Assembly (NCBI GenBank): GCA_003563895.1
Contig: PWTK01000058.1
Coordinates: 1-59,601, forward strand
Direction: 5' to 3'
Source of the DNA: Syntrophomonadaceae bacterium
GTDB lineage: Bacteria; Bacillota; Dethiobacteria; DTU022; UBA8154
Length of the DNA stretch: 59,601 nt
The translations under genes and the position numbers were made by a program. Below are positions 16,080-26,241 of this stretch, in pieces. The notes below the pieces were generated by a model, which saw only the letters and a program-made list of their open reading frames with translations, was not told where the DNA came from and did no database searches. Each line of letters begins with the position of its first letter. Position 1 is the stretch's first letter.

Positions 16080-17825
16080 CTACACCGTGGCCCGGCCGTG
16101 GTAGATGAGCCCCCTCGACGTATCAACGGTAATCAGCTGGCCGCTCGATAGCGTGGTGGTGGCCTGTTCAACGCCCACCACCACCGGAATGCCCAGGTTC
16201 AGGCCTACAATGGCCGCGTGAGAGGTGAGCCCACCGGCTTCGGTGATGATGGCGGAAGCCCTTTCCATGGCAGGCAGGCAGTTTTTGTCGGTAAAGGGGG
16301 CTACCAGTATTTTTCCGTCTTCCATACCTTCTATTTCCCCCGGATGCCTCGCCACGTGAACGCAGCCGGTGACCGCTTTTCTGCCCAGGCCGGCACCCTG
16401 CAGAATAATTTCCCCCACGGTGTCAATGCGCATGAAATTGGTGGTTCCCGGAACGCCGACAGGCACACCGGCCGTCAGGATGACCAGGTCGCCGTTAAAA
16501 ATCAGCCCGGCATCCAGGGCCGTTTTGACCGCGATGTTAAAGATCTCGTCCGAATCCGATGAGGGAGGACAGAGCAGGGGGTACACCCCCCAGGTCAGGT
16601 TCAGCGCGGCGGCTATTTTTTCGTTGGGTGTGACCGCGATGATGGGCGCCTTGGGCCGGTACTTGGAAACCATCCTGGCAGTGTGCCCCGACTGGGTGGC
16701 GGAAATGATGGCCCTGGCCTCCAGCTCCTGGGCAGCCCGGCATGTCGCGTTGCTGATGGCATCGGTGACCGATTTGCGGGAAACAGGTTCGTAGTGCTGC
16801 AGGATTCGCTGGTAGTCGAGCTCTTCTTCAATCCGCGAAGCGATACGGGCCATGGTGCTGACCGCCTCCACCGGGTAGGAGCCCGAGGCGGTTTCGCCGG
16901 AAAGCATCAGGGCATCTGTCCCGTCAAAAATGGCATTGGCCACATCGTTTGCCTCGGCACGGGTGGGCCGGGGGTTTCTCATCATGGAATCGAGCATCTG
17001 GGTCGCCGTAATGACCGGTTTGCCGGCCCGGTTGCAAAGTTTGATCAGCCTCTTTTGTACCAGGGGGACGTCTTCGGCGGGGATGTCCACGCCGAGATCC
17101 CCGCGGGCGATCATCACGCCGTCGGCCACCTCCAAGATATCGTCAATGTTTTTCATCCCTTCGGAAGTTTCGATCTTGGCGAGGACTTTGACCCCTGCAG
17201 CCTCTTTTTCCAGCAGCCGTCGGACGACCAGCAGGTCCTCCACCCCCCGCACAAAAGAAACGGCGATGAAATCCACGCCCTGTTCCAGGGCCAGCTCGAT
17301 ATCCTTCCGATCGTCGTCGGACAGCGGGGGGAGCTTCAAGGGGACACCGGGCAAAATGACGCTTTTATGCGCCAAAAGTTTCCCGCCGTGAACCACGGCC
17401 GTTTGAACCTCGGCCTCGCCCACCGCCTCCACCTTCAGCTCGATAAGCCCGTCGTCGATCAGCAGCCTGTCGCCCGGCTTCACATCGCCGGGAAGGTCCC
17501 GGTAGTTCACCCCGGCCCGGTGCTGATCCCCCAGCACCTTATCCGTGGTCAGCACAAAGCGGGCTCCCTCCTGCAGCTCCACCTCTTCCCGGCAGAGCTC
17601 TCCCAGGCGGATCTCCGCTCCCCGGGTGTCTATCAAAATGCCGATCTTCCGCCCGGCCTCCTCTTCTGCAAGGCGCAGGAGGGAAATGCGCCGGCGGTGT
17701 TCCGCCTGGGTGCCGTGCGAAAAGTTTAAGCGGGCCACATCCATGCCCTCTTGAATGAACTGCTTCATGATTTCCGCGCTCTCCGACGCGGGGCCGATGG
17801 TACAAACGATCTTTGTCCGCCTCAA
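16080..17825 (-). CDS. pyk: pyruvate kinase with C-terminal PEP-utilizer mobile domain
   Basis: MRRTKIVCTIGPAS..., MIARGDLGVDIP, and a C-terminal TSHAAIVGLNLGIPVVVG swivel domain. 581 aa. Confidence 0.95.
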   Translation of the reverse strand: MRRTKIVCTIGPASESAEIMKQFIQEGMDVARLNFSHGTQAEHRRRISLLRLAEEEAGRKIGILIDTRGAEIRLGELCREEVELQEGARFVLTTDKVLGDQHRAGVNYRDLPGDVKPGDRLLIDDGLIELKVEAVGEAEVQTAVVHGGKLLAHKSVILPGVPLKLPPLSDDDRKDIELALEQGVDFIAVSFVRGVEDLLVVRRLLEKEAAGVKVLAKIETSEGMKNIDDILEVADGVMIARGDLGVDIPAEDVPLVQKRLIKLCNRAGKPVITATQMLDSMMRNPRPTRAEANDVANAIFDGTDALMLSGETASGSYPVEAVSTMARIASRIEEELDYQRILQHYEPVSRKSVTDAISNATCRAAQELEARAIISATQSGHTARMVSKYRPKAPIIAVTPNEKIAAALNLTWGVYPLLCPPSSDSDEIFNIAVKTALDAGLIFNGDLVILTAGVPVGVPGTTNFMRIDTVGEIILQGAGLGRKAVTGCVHVARHPGEIEGMEDGKILVAPFTDKNCLPAMERASAIITEAGGLTSHAAIVGLNLGIPVVVGVEQATTTLSSGQLITVDTSRGLIYHGRATV

Positions 17826-17949
17826 ATCGGCTCAGACCTCCTCCCAGCCTGGACAGGTCTCCTGTCAATAAAATCTCGCGGCGGCGAAATAAAGCGCTGT
17901 TGAAGCACGGGGAATCCGCCAAACCGGCGAGGTGGCCTCACCGGGAAGG

Positions 17950-18037
17950 CTACCCTGAAAATGCAACTCCGCCGCCATGAATTTCCTGTTTGAAAGGGAA
18001 CCTTTTCGTCCTTCAGATGGTGAAGCGAAGCTTCATG
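17950..18037 (-). repeat. R1 element, singleton copy a
   Basis: The plus strand reads CTACCCTGAAAAT-core-TTTTCGTCCTTCAGATGGT-GAAGCGAAGCTTC-ATG. It lies between the dnaE stop and the pyk start, in the same orientation relative to its genes as copies b and c. Confidence 0.7.
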
Positions 18038-18042
18038 ACGGT

Positions 18043-18172
18043 CTCTTTTAAATTTAAGTGTTGATACTATTTGGAATTTAGGTGCTGTGTCCTCGAACAA
18101 GAAAATGGAAAACGAAATGAGATAAGCAATAAAGGGTATTTAAAGCTATCAACATTGCTTTTTAAAAGAGCC
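18043..18172. repeat. R2 element copy 1: 130-bp AT-rich MITE-like element with ~24-bp imperfect terminal inverted repeats
   Basis: About 92% identical to 33711-33842. The ends CTCTTTTAAATTTAAGTGTTGATA and TATCAACATTGCTTTTTAAAAGAG are inverted repeats. Confidence 0.6.
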
Positions 18173-18205
18173 ACCGGGAAGGGCCTCTGCCCCGCCGGGC
18201 GGGCG

Positions 18206-21200
18206 TCAGATGGCTTCCAGCTGCTGGATTTTTAAGCACTCAGGGCCTAAAAGCCTTTCCAGGCGGTGAAAAAGCTCCTCCTCTTCCCGCACCCAGCATT
18301 CCTGCCCGCAAAGAAGCAGCCGGCCGTAATCCTCAAAATACAGGTAGACGGGGATACCCCCGGGGTATGCGGCAAGCGTATCTTTCAAGGCAACCATTTC
18401 TCCCATCGGCCTGTCCCCGGAAACCCGGACAAAGACCTGCTTGGGTTCCTGGGGGAGGAAGGTTACCTCGCGGGCGATCACTTTCACGTCTTCCTCTTCC
18501 TTGAAATCGGTTTCCCCTTTGATGAGCACCACCCGGTCCTCTTCCATTTCGCCCTGGTGATTTTCAAACAGATCGCTGAAGATCACCGCCTCCACTTCAC
18601 CGGTTAAATCTTCCACCTTCAAGAAGGCCATGGGTCGGCCCTTTTTGCTGTAAATAACCCGCTGGGAACTGATGAGGCCGGCGACGGACGCCTCGCGGCG
18701 GTCCCCGATCTCCTTGAGCTCGCCGATGGGCACCACTCCCGACAGGTTCTCCAGGATCAGGCGGTACTGGTCCAGGGGGTGTCCGGAGATGTACAAGCCC
18801 ACCGTGGCCTTTTCCAGGGAAAGCTTTTCCCTGGCCGAAAACTCGGGAATGGGGGGCAGTTCGTCCTCCAGGCTGTGCTGTCCCGCCTCTTCTCCCAGCA
18901 GGGAAAGCATGGAGATCTGGCCGTTCAGCTTTTCCTTCTGGGACTGCTGGCCGGCGGACATGGCCTTCTCCATGAGGTTGAGATACTGGGCACGGCTTCC
19001 GCCCATGGAGTCGAAGGCACCGCTTTTGATCAGGCTTTCCAGGGCTTTGCGGTTGCAGGCCCGCAGGTCGACCTTATTGCAAAAATCGTGCAGGCTTTGG
19101 AAGCGGCCCTCCTTCTCCCTCGTTTCAATAATGGCTTCAATGGCCCCCCGGCCCACGTTTTTAACAGCCGCCAGTCCAAAGCGGATGCGTTTTTCACCGA
19201 CAACGGTAAAGTGAATATCGCTTTCGTTCACGTCCGGCGGGAGGACCTCGATCCCCACCCGGCGACTGTCCGAGATGTAGAGGGCGACTTTATCGCTGCT
19301 GGACATCACCCCGGTTAAGAGGGCGGCCATGAACTCCACGGGATAGTTGGCCTTAAGGTAGGCGGTTTGGTAAGCAATCATGGCGTAAGCGGCGGCGTGA
19401 GACTTGTTAAACCCGTAGGAGGCAAACTTGAGGATCAGGTCATAGAGCTCTTCCCCCAGCCTCGCGTCGCAGCCCTGGGCCTGCACCCCTTCTACGAAGG
19501 CCTTCCGCTGTTCATCCAGGATTTCCTTTTTCTTTTTGCCGATGGCACGGCGCAGCAGGTCGGCCTGCCCCAGGGAAAAACCGGCCATGCGGGCGGCAAT
19601 CTCCATGATCTGCTCCTGGTATACGATAACCCCGTACGTCTCTTTCAGGATCGGCTCCAGGTCGGAGTGGGGGTAGCGGATCGTCCTTTCCCCGTGCTTG
19701 CTCTCCACGAAGTTGGGGATCTGCTCCATGGGGCCGGGGCGGTAGAGGGCCACCACCGCGATGATGTCTTCAAACTTGGAAGGTTTCAGCTCCCTCAAAA
19801 CCGAGCGCATTCCGCTGCTTTCCAGCTGAAACACCCCGGCCGTTTCTCCCCGCGACAGCAGCGCGAAGGTGGCCGGGTCGTCCAGCGGCACCGCATTCAC
19901 ATCCAGCGGCTCTTGCCCTTCGCGGGCAAGGTTGGCCAACCGGGCGGCTTCGCCCATTATGGTGAGGGTGCGCAAACCCAAAAAGTCCATCTTTAAAAGG
20001 CCCAGCTCTTCCAGGACGCCCATGGGAAACTGGGTGACCACCGCCCCGTCCGTTGATTTTTGCAGGGGCACGTGCTCCACCAGGGGATCGCCGGCGATCA
20101 CCACGCCCGCAGCATGGGTGGAGGCGTGGCGCGGAAGCCCTTCCACCTTCCTGGAGGTTTCCAGCAGCCGGCGGTACCGCTCTTCTTTATGGAAGAGCTC
20201 CTTCAGCTCGCGGTTAAGCGCCAGCGCTTTGTCGATGGTCATGGACGGATCGAAGGGGATCATCTTGGCCAGGCGGTCCGCCTCGCCGTATGAAAAATTC
20301 AAGGCCCGACCCACGTCCCTGACAGCCAGGCGGGCCGCCATGGTGCCGAAGGTGATGATCTGGGCCACCCTGTCTTCCCCGTATTTTTCCACTACGTAGC
20401 GGATGACTTCATCCCGCCGCTCGTAGCAAAAATCGATGTCGATGTCGGGCATGGAAACGCGCTCGGGGTTGAGAAAGCGCTCGAAAAGGAGCCCGTAGCG
20501 CAAAGGGTCGATGTTGGTGATGAGCAGGGCATAAGCCACCAGGCTACCGGCAGCCGAACCCCGGCCCGGCCCCACCAGGATGTCCTGCTCGTGGGCAAAG
20601 CGGACGAAATCCCACACGATGAGAAAATAGCCGGCGTAGCCCATCTCGTTGATGACCTGCAGCTCGTACTCCAGGCGCTCTTCGATTTCCGGGGTCACCG
20701 CATCGTAGCGCTTCTTCAGGCCCTCGTAACAGAGCGCCTTCAGGTACTCTTCGGCGCTGCCGAATTCCGGGGGAATCTCGTAGGGCGGCAGCAGCATCTG
20801 GTTAAACTCCAGCTCCAGCTCGCATGACTCAGCAATCTTCAGGGTATTGCCCAAGGCCTCTTCCGGGAAGTCGGCGAAGAGTTCCCCCATCTCGGAGGCG
20901 TCCTTGAAATAAAACTCTTCGCTCTCAAATTTCAGCCGGTTTTCCTCCTCGACGTTTTTTCCCGTCTGGATGCAGAGCAGCACATCGTGGGCTTCGGCAT
21001 CTTCGCGTTCGATGTAGTGGACATCGTTGGTGGCCACCAGGGGGATGCCCGTCTCCCGGTGCAGCTCCAGCAGCCCGCGGTTGATCTCTTTCTGCTCGGG
21101 TAGGCCGTGGTCCTGAAGTTCCAGGTAAAAGCCGTTTTCCCCGAAAACGCCGCGGTACCAGAGGGCGTTTTCCCTGGCTCGTTCGTAGGCGCCTTCCAGC

Positions 21201-21649
21201 AAAAGCTCCGGGATTTCCCCGGCCTTGCAGGCGCTGAGAGCCACCAGCCCGTCGCTGTAGGTTTCCAAAAGCTCCTTGTCCAGCCGCGGCTTGTAATAAA
21301 AGCCTTCCAGGTAGCCCCGCGCAACCAGTTTCATCAAGTTTTGATAACCGGTTTTGTTGCGGGCCAGCAGCACCAGGTGATGGCCGGATTCATCGCGGCC
21401 CTGCTCTTTTCGGAAGCGGCTGCGGGGGGCTACATATACCTCGCAGCCGATGATGGGCTTGATACCTTTTTCCACGGCAGCTTTATAAAAATCAACCACC
21501 CCGAACATGGCGCCGTGATCGGTGATGGCCACCGCCGGCATGCCCTGGCGGCTGGCTTTTTCCACAATTTTTTTTATGCGGGCGGCGCCGTCCAGCAGGC
21601 TGAATTCCGTATGCACATGAAGGTGTACAAACAAGTTCCTGCCCCCCAT
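18206..21649 (-). CDS. dnaE: DNA polymerase III alpha subunit
   Basis: PHP domain FVHLHVHTEFSLLDGA, then the pol III alpha core, OB fold and C-terminal domain. The start is ambiguous: ATG-21649 or an in-frame TTG 5 codons later. The ORF track extends to 21694. Confidence 0.95.
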   Translation of the reverse strand: MGGRNLFVHLHVHTEFSLLDGAARIKKIVEKASRQGMPAVAITDHGAMFGVVDFYKAAVEKGIKPIIGCEVYVAPRSRFRKEQGRDESGHHLVLLARNKTGYQNLMKLVARGYLEGFYYKPRLDKELLETYSDGLVALSACKAGEIPELLLEGAYERARENALWYRGVFGENGFYLELQDHGLPEQKEINRGLLELHRETGIPLVATNDVHYIEREDAEAHDVLLCIQTGKNVEEENRLKFESEEFYFKDASEMGELFADFPEEALGNTLKIAESCELELEFNQMLLPPYEIPPEFGSAEEYLKALCYEGLKKRYDAVTPEIEERLEYELQVINEMGYAGYFLIVWDFVRFAHEQDILVGPGRGSAAGSLVAYALLITNIDPLRYGLLFERFLNPERVSMPDIDIDFCYERRDEVIRYVVEKYGEDRVAQIITFGTMAARLAVRDVGRALNFSYGEADRLAKMIPFDPSMTIDKALALNRELKELFHKEERYRRLLETSRKVEGLPRHASTHAAGVVIAGDPLVEHVPLQKSTDGAVVTQFPMGVLEELGLLKMDFLGLRTLTIMGEAARLANLAREGQEPLDVNAVPLDDPATFALLSRGETAGVFQLESSGMRSVLRELKPSKFEDIIAVVALYRPGPMEQIPNFVESKHGERTIRYPHSDLEPILKETYGVIVYQEQIMEIAARMAGFSLGQADLLRRAIGKKKKEILDEQRKAFVEGVQAQGCDARLGEELYDLILKFASYGFNKSHAAAYAMIAYQTAYLKANYPVEFMAALLTGVMSSSDKVALYISDSRRVGIEVLPPDVNESDIHFTVVGEKRIRFGLAAVKNVGRGAIEAIIETREKEGRFQSLHDFCNKVDLRACNRKALESLIKSGAFDSMGGSRAQYLNLMEKAMSAGQQSQKEKLNGQISMLSLLGEEAGQHSLEDELPPIPEFSAREKLSLEKATVGLYISGHPLDQYRLILENLSGVVPIGELKEIGDRREASVAGLISSQRVIYSKKGRPMAFLKVEDLTGEVEAVIFSDLFENHQGEMEEDRVVLIKGETDFKEEEDVKVIAREVTFLPQEPKQVFVRVSGDRPMGEMVALKDTLAAYPGGIPVYLYFEDYGRLLLCGQECWVREEEELFHRLERLLGPECLKIQQLEAI

Positions 21650-21991
21650 TACACAAAATCTTGACCAGGGATAACTTCGACTTTGCCAGGACAAAACCCT
21701 TTGACCAATTCAAAAAAGGTCCCCCGCAGCGCGCGTGCCTCGGGAGAGGGGCCAAGGAAATCGGTTCGCTGCCGGCGCGCCGCTAAAGGCGGAAGGTGCG
21801 GCAGGCCTGCCGCCAAAAGGGGGAACGGGGAGGCGTTCCCACCACCGCCGCGCGCCGGTTTAGGCGCCTGCCGTCCGCCGGACAACGGGGAAATTGTGGT
21901 GCTGCTGCGCCCCTTCGGCCGCTTTCCCTTTTATTTTTTTTACGTTATAATGTGGATGATACACCATTCACACGGCTGGCGGGGGTAAGGC

Positions 21992-23149
21992 ATGGACGAG
22001 CGTTTCAATTCGCATCTAAAACTGGTGTTATTCGCAGCCCTTCTGCTGCTGGGCATCTGGCTGCTGAAACTGATCTTTCCGGTCATCACGCTCATTATTA
22101 TCGCCCTGCTCATCGTCTACCTCATCGGGCCCCTGGTGACGATCCTGGAGACGAAACTGCGCATCCATCAGCCCGTGGGCGCAGCGCTGGTATTCGCTCT
22201 CTTCCTGCTGCTCATCTTTCTCATCTTCTATCTCATCCCGCCCATGATCTTCCGCGAAACACAGGAGCTGGCGGGATATATTGCCACGGATTTCCGGCAC
22301 CACCTGATCCTTTTTTTCCGCCAGCTGGAAAGCCTGGAATTCCTGGAGGAAGTGGAAATAATCCAGGACCTGGAAATCGCTGCGACCCTGAAGAGCACCA
22401 TCATCGGCTTCATCGAGCAGATCCCCACCTACCTGAGGGGCTGGCTGGCCGAGGTATCGACCTACCGCATCCCCTTTCTCCGTGAGATTTGGTCCCTGCT
22501 GGGGCTGCTGTTTTTAATTTTTTTCCTGCTGCTGGACATCAACAACGTGAAATCCACCTTCGTAAACGTGTTTCCCCGTCGCTACCGTCAGGAGGTGCTC
22601 CATGTCATCAGCATCACGGATGCCAAGGTCGGGGCCTATCTTCGGGGAAACGTGGTGCGCTGTACCATCGTCGGTGTTTTTACCTGGCTCGGCCTTTATT
22701 TGATGGGGATGCCCTTCGCCTTTACCCTCGGCGTCATTGCCGGGTTGTTAAACGTCATCCACAACATCGGGCCTTTCCTGGCTTCGCTGCCGGCGATCCT
22801 GATCAGCTTCACCCCCGGCACCCCCCACCCCTTACTGGTTATCGCCCTCTACCTGGTCATTCAAACCGTCGACCCTTTCATCCTGACCCCGGTCCTCCTG
22901 GGGAAAGCGGTAGATCTGCGCCCCATCACGATCATCATCGCCGTTCTCGTCGGGGCAAGCCTCATGGGGTTGCTGGGGATCATTTTGTCCATCCCGGTCA
23001 CGGCCATATTGAAAGTGATCCTGCACCACTATTACATCAAACGAATAGGCATCGAGGTCATGGAGGAAGGGACCTGGGAGGTGTCCGAGGCGCTGGAGGA
23101 AGAGCGCCCTGCAACCGGCGGAGCCGGCAGGGAACCGGGCAAGCAATAA
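21992..23149 (+). CDS. AI-2E family transporter (PerM/UPF0118)
   Basis: 385-aa polytopic membrane protein with a conserved C-terminal half (LLNVIHNIGPFLASLP...LTPVLLGKAVDL). Confidence 0.85.
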   Translation: MDERFNSHLKLVLFAALLLLGIWLLKLIFPVITLIIIALLIVYLIGPLVTILETKLRIHQPVGAALVFALFLLLIFLIFYLIPPMIFRETQELAGYIATDFRHHLILFFRQLESLEFLEEVEIIQDLEIAATLKSTIIGFIEQIPTYLRGWLAEVSTYRIPFLREIWSLLGLLFLIFFLLLDINNVKSTFVNVFPRRYRQEVLHVISITDAKVGAYLRGNVVRCTIVGVFTWLGLYLMGMPFAFTLGVIAGLLNVIHNIGPFLASLPAILISFTPGTPHPLLVIALYLVIQTVDPFILTPVLLGKAVDLRPITIIIAVLVGASLMGLLGIILSIPVTAILKVILHHYYIKRIGIEVMEEGTWEVSEALEEERPATGGAGREPGKQ

Positions 23150-23582
23150 CCGTCTGCACGGCTTCCCATCCAGGCCCTCTGAAACCTCATTACGGCGATG
23201 TGCTGCTTGACGAGAAGCCTGCCACGCATGAGATATTCCTTCGTTTCTGCCTTATCGAAAACGCAAGAAAGTGCATTTATGCTCGGTCCTTAATTGATAA
23301 GGTTCATCAGATTGGTAACAGTTTTGTTTCATCACATCGGTAACACATTGATTAAATACGGGCATCCTGCAAGTCAGCAAGCTGTTCAAGTTTAATAAGG
23401 CAAAATCGTATTTGGTGGAGTGCAAGCCAGGGTCATATAGAGGTGCCAATGTATGGTTTTTAATGCTTCTTAAGGTGCTGCCGAAGTGATGTACTTCAAA
23501 ACCCCAACCGAGACAAGCCAGAACCATAAAAATTGATTTTTAGAAGACCCTTTCCAAACCCGGAAAACATCGTTATTCAAGC

Positions 23583-23634
23583 GATCGTATGAAAAAGTTT
23601 TGCCATTTTGCAAAGAAATTAAGACTTAAGGGCC
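23583..23634. repeat. R4 repeat, copy B
   Basis: GATCGTATGAAAAAGTTTTGCCATTTTGCAAAGAAATTAAGACTTAAGGGCC lies inside a low-GC 560-bp intergenic island. Confidence 0.5.
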
Positions 23635-24008
23635 TGAGTGCTCTAAAACATAATTACGGTGCCGTTTTTTTTACACGAGGAGCCTCACATTTTGCCTGAA
23701 ACTCATTGTTTCTAACATATCACATTCGGAACAATATTTGTGTTAGGAAGCACTAAGGCTTAATCTCCCCGCGTATTTGGCAAAACGCGTTCAAGCGAAC
23801 CCGAGGAATCCGTCTTTTTCTGCGTTTGGATGGGGCATTTTGACATTCCGCCTTTTATGGCCCCGGACTGTCCGGGTCAGGGGATGCCGGTGCTCCGCAC
23901 GGCGGTAGGGGCTCCGGCTCTTTTCTCCTCTCCCGCAGAAGTGCCCTCTGCCGACAGCGTGCCTCGCCCGACCTCCCTGCTCGGTTGTGCCCCTCCGGCC
24001 GGGTTTTT

Positions 24009-24476
24009 CTACTCCACGCCCGGAAACCCCTGTTGGCGGAGGGCCTCGTAAAGCGTCAAGGCCACCGAATTGGAAAGGTTGAGCGAGCGCGGTATTCCCT
24101 TCACCATGGGAATGCGCAGGCACTGCCCCGCCCCGGCCCACCGCCGGAGGAGCTCCGCGGGTAGGCCTTTTGTTTCACTGCCGTAAACCAGGAAGTCCCC
24201 CGGGGAGAAGGAGATTTCCGTATAGAGCCTGCCGGCCCGGGTGGTGAAAAAATAAAAATTGTGCCCCCGGTGCATGGCCCGGAGGGCTTCGAAGTTGGGG
24301 TAGTGGTAATAGGTCAGGTACGGCCAGTAATCCAGGCCGGCCCGCCGCAGGAAGCGGTCTTCCAGGGAAAAGCCCAGGCTGCCGACCAGGTGAAGGGTGG
24401 ACCCGGTCATGACGCAGGTCCGGGAAATATTCCCGGTGTTCTGGGGGATCTCCGGCTCTACCAGCACTACGTTCAT
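24009..24476 (-). CDS. trmL: tRNA (cytidine/uridine-2'-O)-methyltransferase TrmL (SpoU/TrmH family)
   Basis: MNVVLVEPEIPQNTGNISRTC... and a C-terminal IPM..GIPRSLNLSNSVA knot motif. 155 aa. Confidence 0.85.
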   Translation of the reverse strand: MNVVLVEPEIPQNTGNISRTCVMTGSTLHLVGSLGFSLEDRFLRRAGLDYWPYLTYYHYPNFEALRAMHRGHNFYFFTTRAGRLYTEISFSPGDFLVYGSETKGLPAELLRRWAGAGQCLRIPMVKGIPRSLNLSNSVALTLYEALRQQGFPGVE

Positions 24477-25231
24477 TCTTCAACCTCCCGCTGCACCGCG
24501 TAAAAAATGTTTCTATCTTCTTCAGCGGCCTCCCAGAGGGTATACGGGCTGAAGCAGCCCCTCAGCCTCCACCCCGTGCGGGAAAGGATCCTTTCCACAT
24601 CTTTCCTCGAGTAGGAACGCTCCCGGTGTTTTTCTTGAATTTTGCGGTAAAGGCCGTTTTCCTGTCGGGCAAAAGCGGTCAGCTTGATCTCCCACACCCT
24701 GGTGATTTTATCATAGCTGCTGTCCCAGATGAGCGTCAAGCCTTCCTCTTCCACCACGGTTGTTTCGACACCCTCGCCGGCCGGGAGCTTTTCCACCTCG
24801 TTGAGGTGAAAAATGAAGAACCCGCCGGGGCGGACCGCTGCGCCGATGCTGTTGAAAGCTTTTTCCAGGTCCTCCTCGTCCAGCAGGTAGTTCAGGCCGT
24901 CCAGGAAAAGGAGGGCCAAGTCTGCCAGGCAAGGGAGCTGCAGCGACCTCATGTCCTGCCGATAATACTCGACCCCCAGCCCTTCCCGCGCGGCTTTTTC
25001 CCGCGCCACTTCCAGCATCTCCGCGGCGATGTCCACCCCGCACACCCGGTAGTCCCGCCGGGCCCAGGGGAGGGTGGAGCTGCCGGTCCCGCAGGCCAGG
25101 TCTACCAGGAGCCGCGGCTTCAGCCCAAAATGGCTCATGATCTCTTCCATGTAATCGGCCCACGCTTCGTAATCCACCCCCGACAGCAGGTAATCGTAAA
25201 CCTGGGCCAGTCCCCGGTAGGGCTTATCCAT
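24473..25231 (-). CDS. class I SAM-dependent methyltransferase
   Basis: Motif I LVDLACGTGSST. 252 aa. Its stop overlaps the trmL start by 4 nt. Confidence 0.8.
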   Translation of the reverse strand: MDKPYRGLAQVYDYLLSGVDYEAWADYMEEIMSHFGLKPRLLVDLACGTGSSTLPWARRDYRVCGVDIAAEMLEVAREKAAREGLGVEYYRQDMRSLQLPCLADLALLFLDGLNYLLDEEDLEKAFNSIGAAVRPGGFFIFHLNEVEKLPAGEGVETTVVEEEGLTLIWDSSYDKITRVWEIKLTAFARQENGLYRKIQEKHRERSYSRKDVERILSRTGWRLRGCFSPYTLWEAAEEDRNIFYAVQREVEE

Positions 25232-25256
25232 GCCGCAAAACCACCCCTTCCACGTT

Positions 25257-25940
25257 TTATTCCAATACCTGGTGTTCCTTCTCCAAATAACTGCAGCAGG
25301 GAGAAAGGGGGCATTCCCTGCAGAGCGGTCCCCGGGCCCGGCAAACCCGGCGCCCGTGGGCGATCAGACGGTGGTGGGTCTCGGTCCAAAGCTCTCGGGG
25401 GATGAGCCGGCAGAGGTCTTCCTCCACCTTAAAAACATCCCGGTTCTCGGTGAGGCCCAGCCGAAAGGACACCCTTCTCACGTGCGTGTCCACGGCAAAG
25501 GCGGGAATGCCAAAGGCGGTGCTCAGCAACACATTGGCTGTTTTGCGCCCCACCCCGGGCAGCTCCACCAGTTCCTCCCGCGTCGATGGGACTGCGCCGC
25601 CGTGTTCTTCCAGCAGGATGCGCGAGGCCTCCCGCAGCTGCCGGCTTTTCTGTCTGAACAGTCCGCATCCCGCGAGCATTTTTTCCAGGGCTTCCGGCTC
25701 CAGGGCCAGCAGCCCTTGCGGAGTCTTTACGGTTTCAAAAAGGCGCGCCGTGACCCTATTCACCTGCTTATCGGTGGTTTGGGCGGAGAGGAGTACGGCC
25801 ACCAGCAGCTGGAAAGGGGTGCGGTAATTGAGGGCCGTCCCCGCCGCGGGATAGCTCCTCTTCAGGGCAGAGAGTATTTCAGACACGCGCTGCCCTGCCG
25901 GAGGGCCCTGCAGTTTCTTTTCTTCCATCGTTCGCGACAC
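25257..25940 (-). CDS. nth: endonuclease III (DNA-(apurinic/apyrimidinic site) lyase)
   Basis: HhH-GPD motif LPGVGRKTANVVL and a C-terminal 4Fe-4S cluster loop CRARGPLCRECPLSPCC. Confidence 0.9.
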   Translation of the reverse strand: MSRTMEEKKLQGPPAGQRVSEILSALKRSYPAAGTALNYRTPFQLLVAVLLSAQTTDKQVNRVTARLFETVKTPQGLLALEPEALEKMLAGCGLFRQKSRQLREASRILLEEHGGAVPSTREELVELPGVGRKTANVLLSTAFGIPAFAVDTHVRRVSFRLGLTENRDVFKVEEDLCRLIPRELWTETHHRLIAHGRRVCRARGPLCRECPLSPCCSYLEKEHQVLE

Positions 25941-26241
25941 CTGCTTCCCTTCAGAACCTTTTCAACTTGAGGGTTGCCCCTTGGCTCACACGCCGTGCTG
26001 CTTTCCACTCTTGCCCCGCCCAGGCCCCGGCGGCGGGTGGGGTTGCGGCGAGTTTTTGGCAGATCCCGGGGGTTTGGGAGTTGCCGCAACAACCCGCTCG
26101 CTCGCCCATAAAGTTCGCGCGTTGCTTGACGCGGCCGGCTTGAAAGCCCCACGCGCCTTTTGTTTGGAGAACCTCCCGACGCAGGTCGCACGCCGACGGC
26201 CCGTGCGGCAAACTGCCGGTTTTCTGCCCGGGCCCGGGGGC

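Noticed and set aside
23252-23527. 91-aa minus-strand ORF in the low-GC island, with faint resemblance to HicA-type toxins (GFEV..GS..R pattern)
   Set aside because: The resemblance is too weak. The canonical N-terminus and GSH motif are missing, there is no RBS, and there is no HicB partner. I did not call it as a gene.
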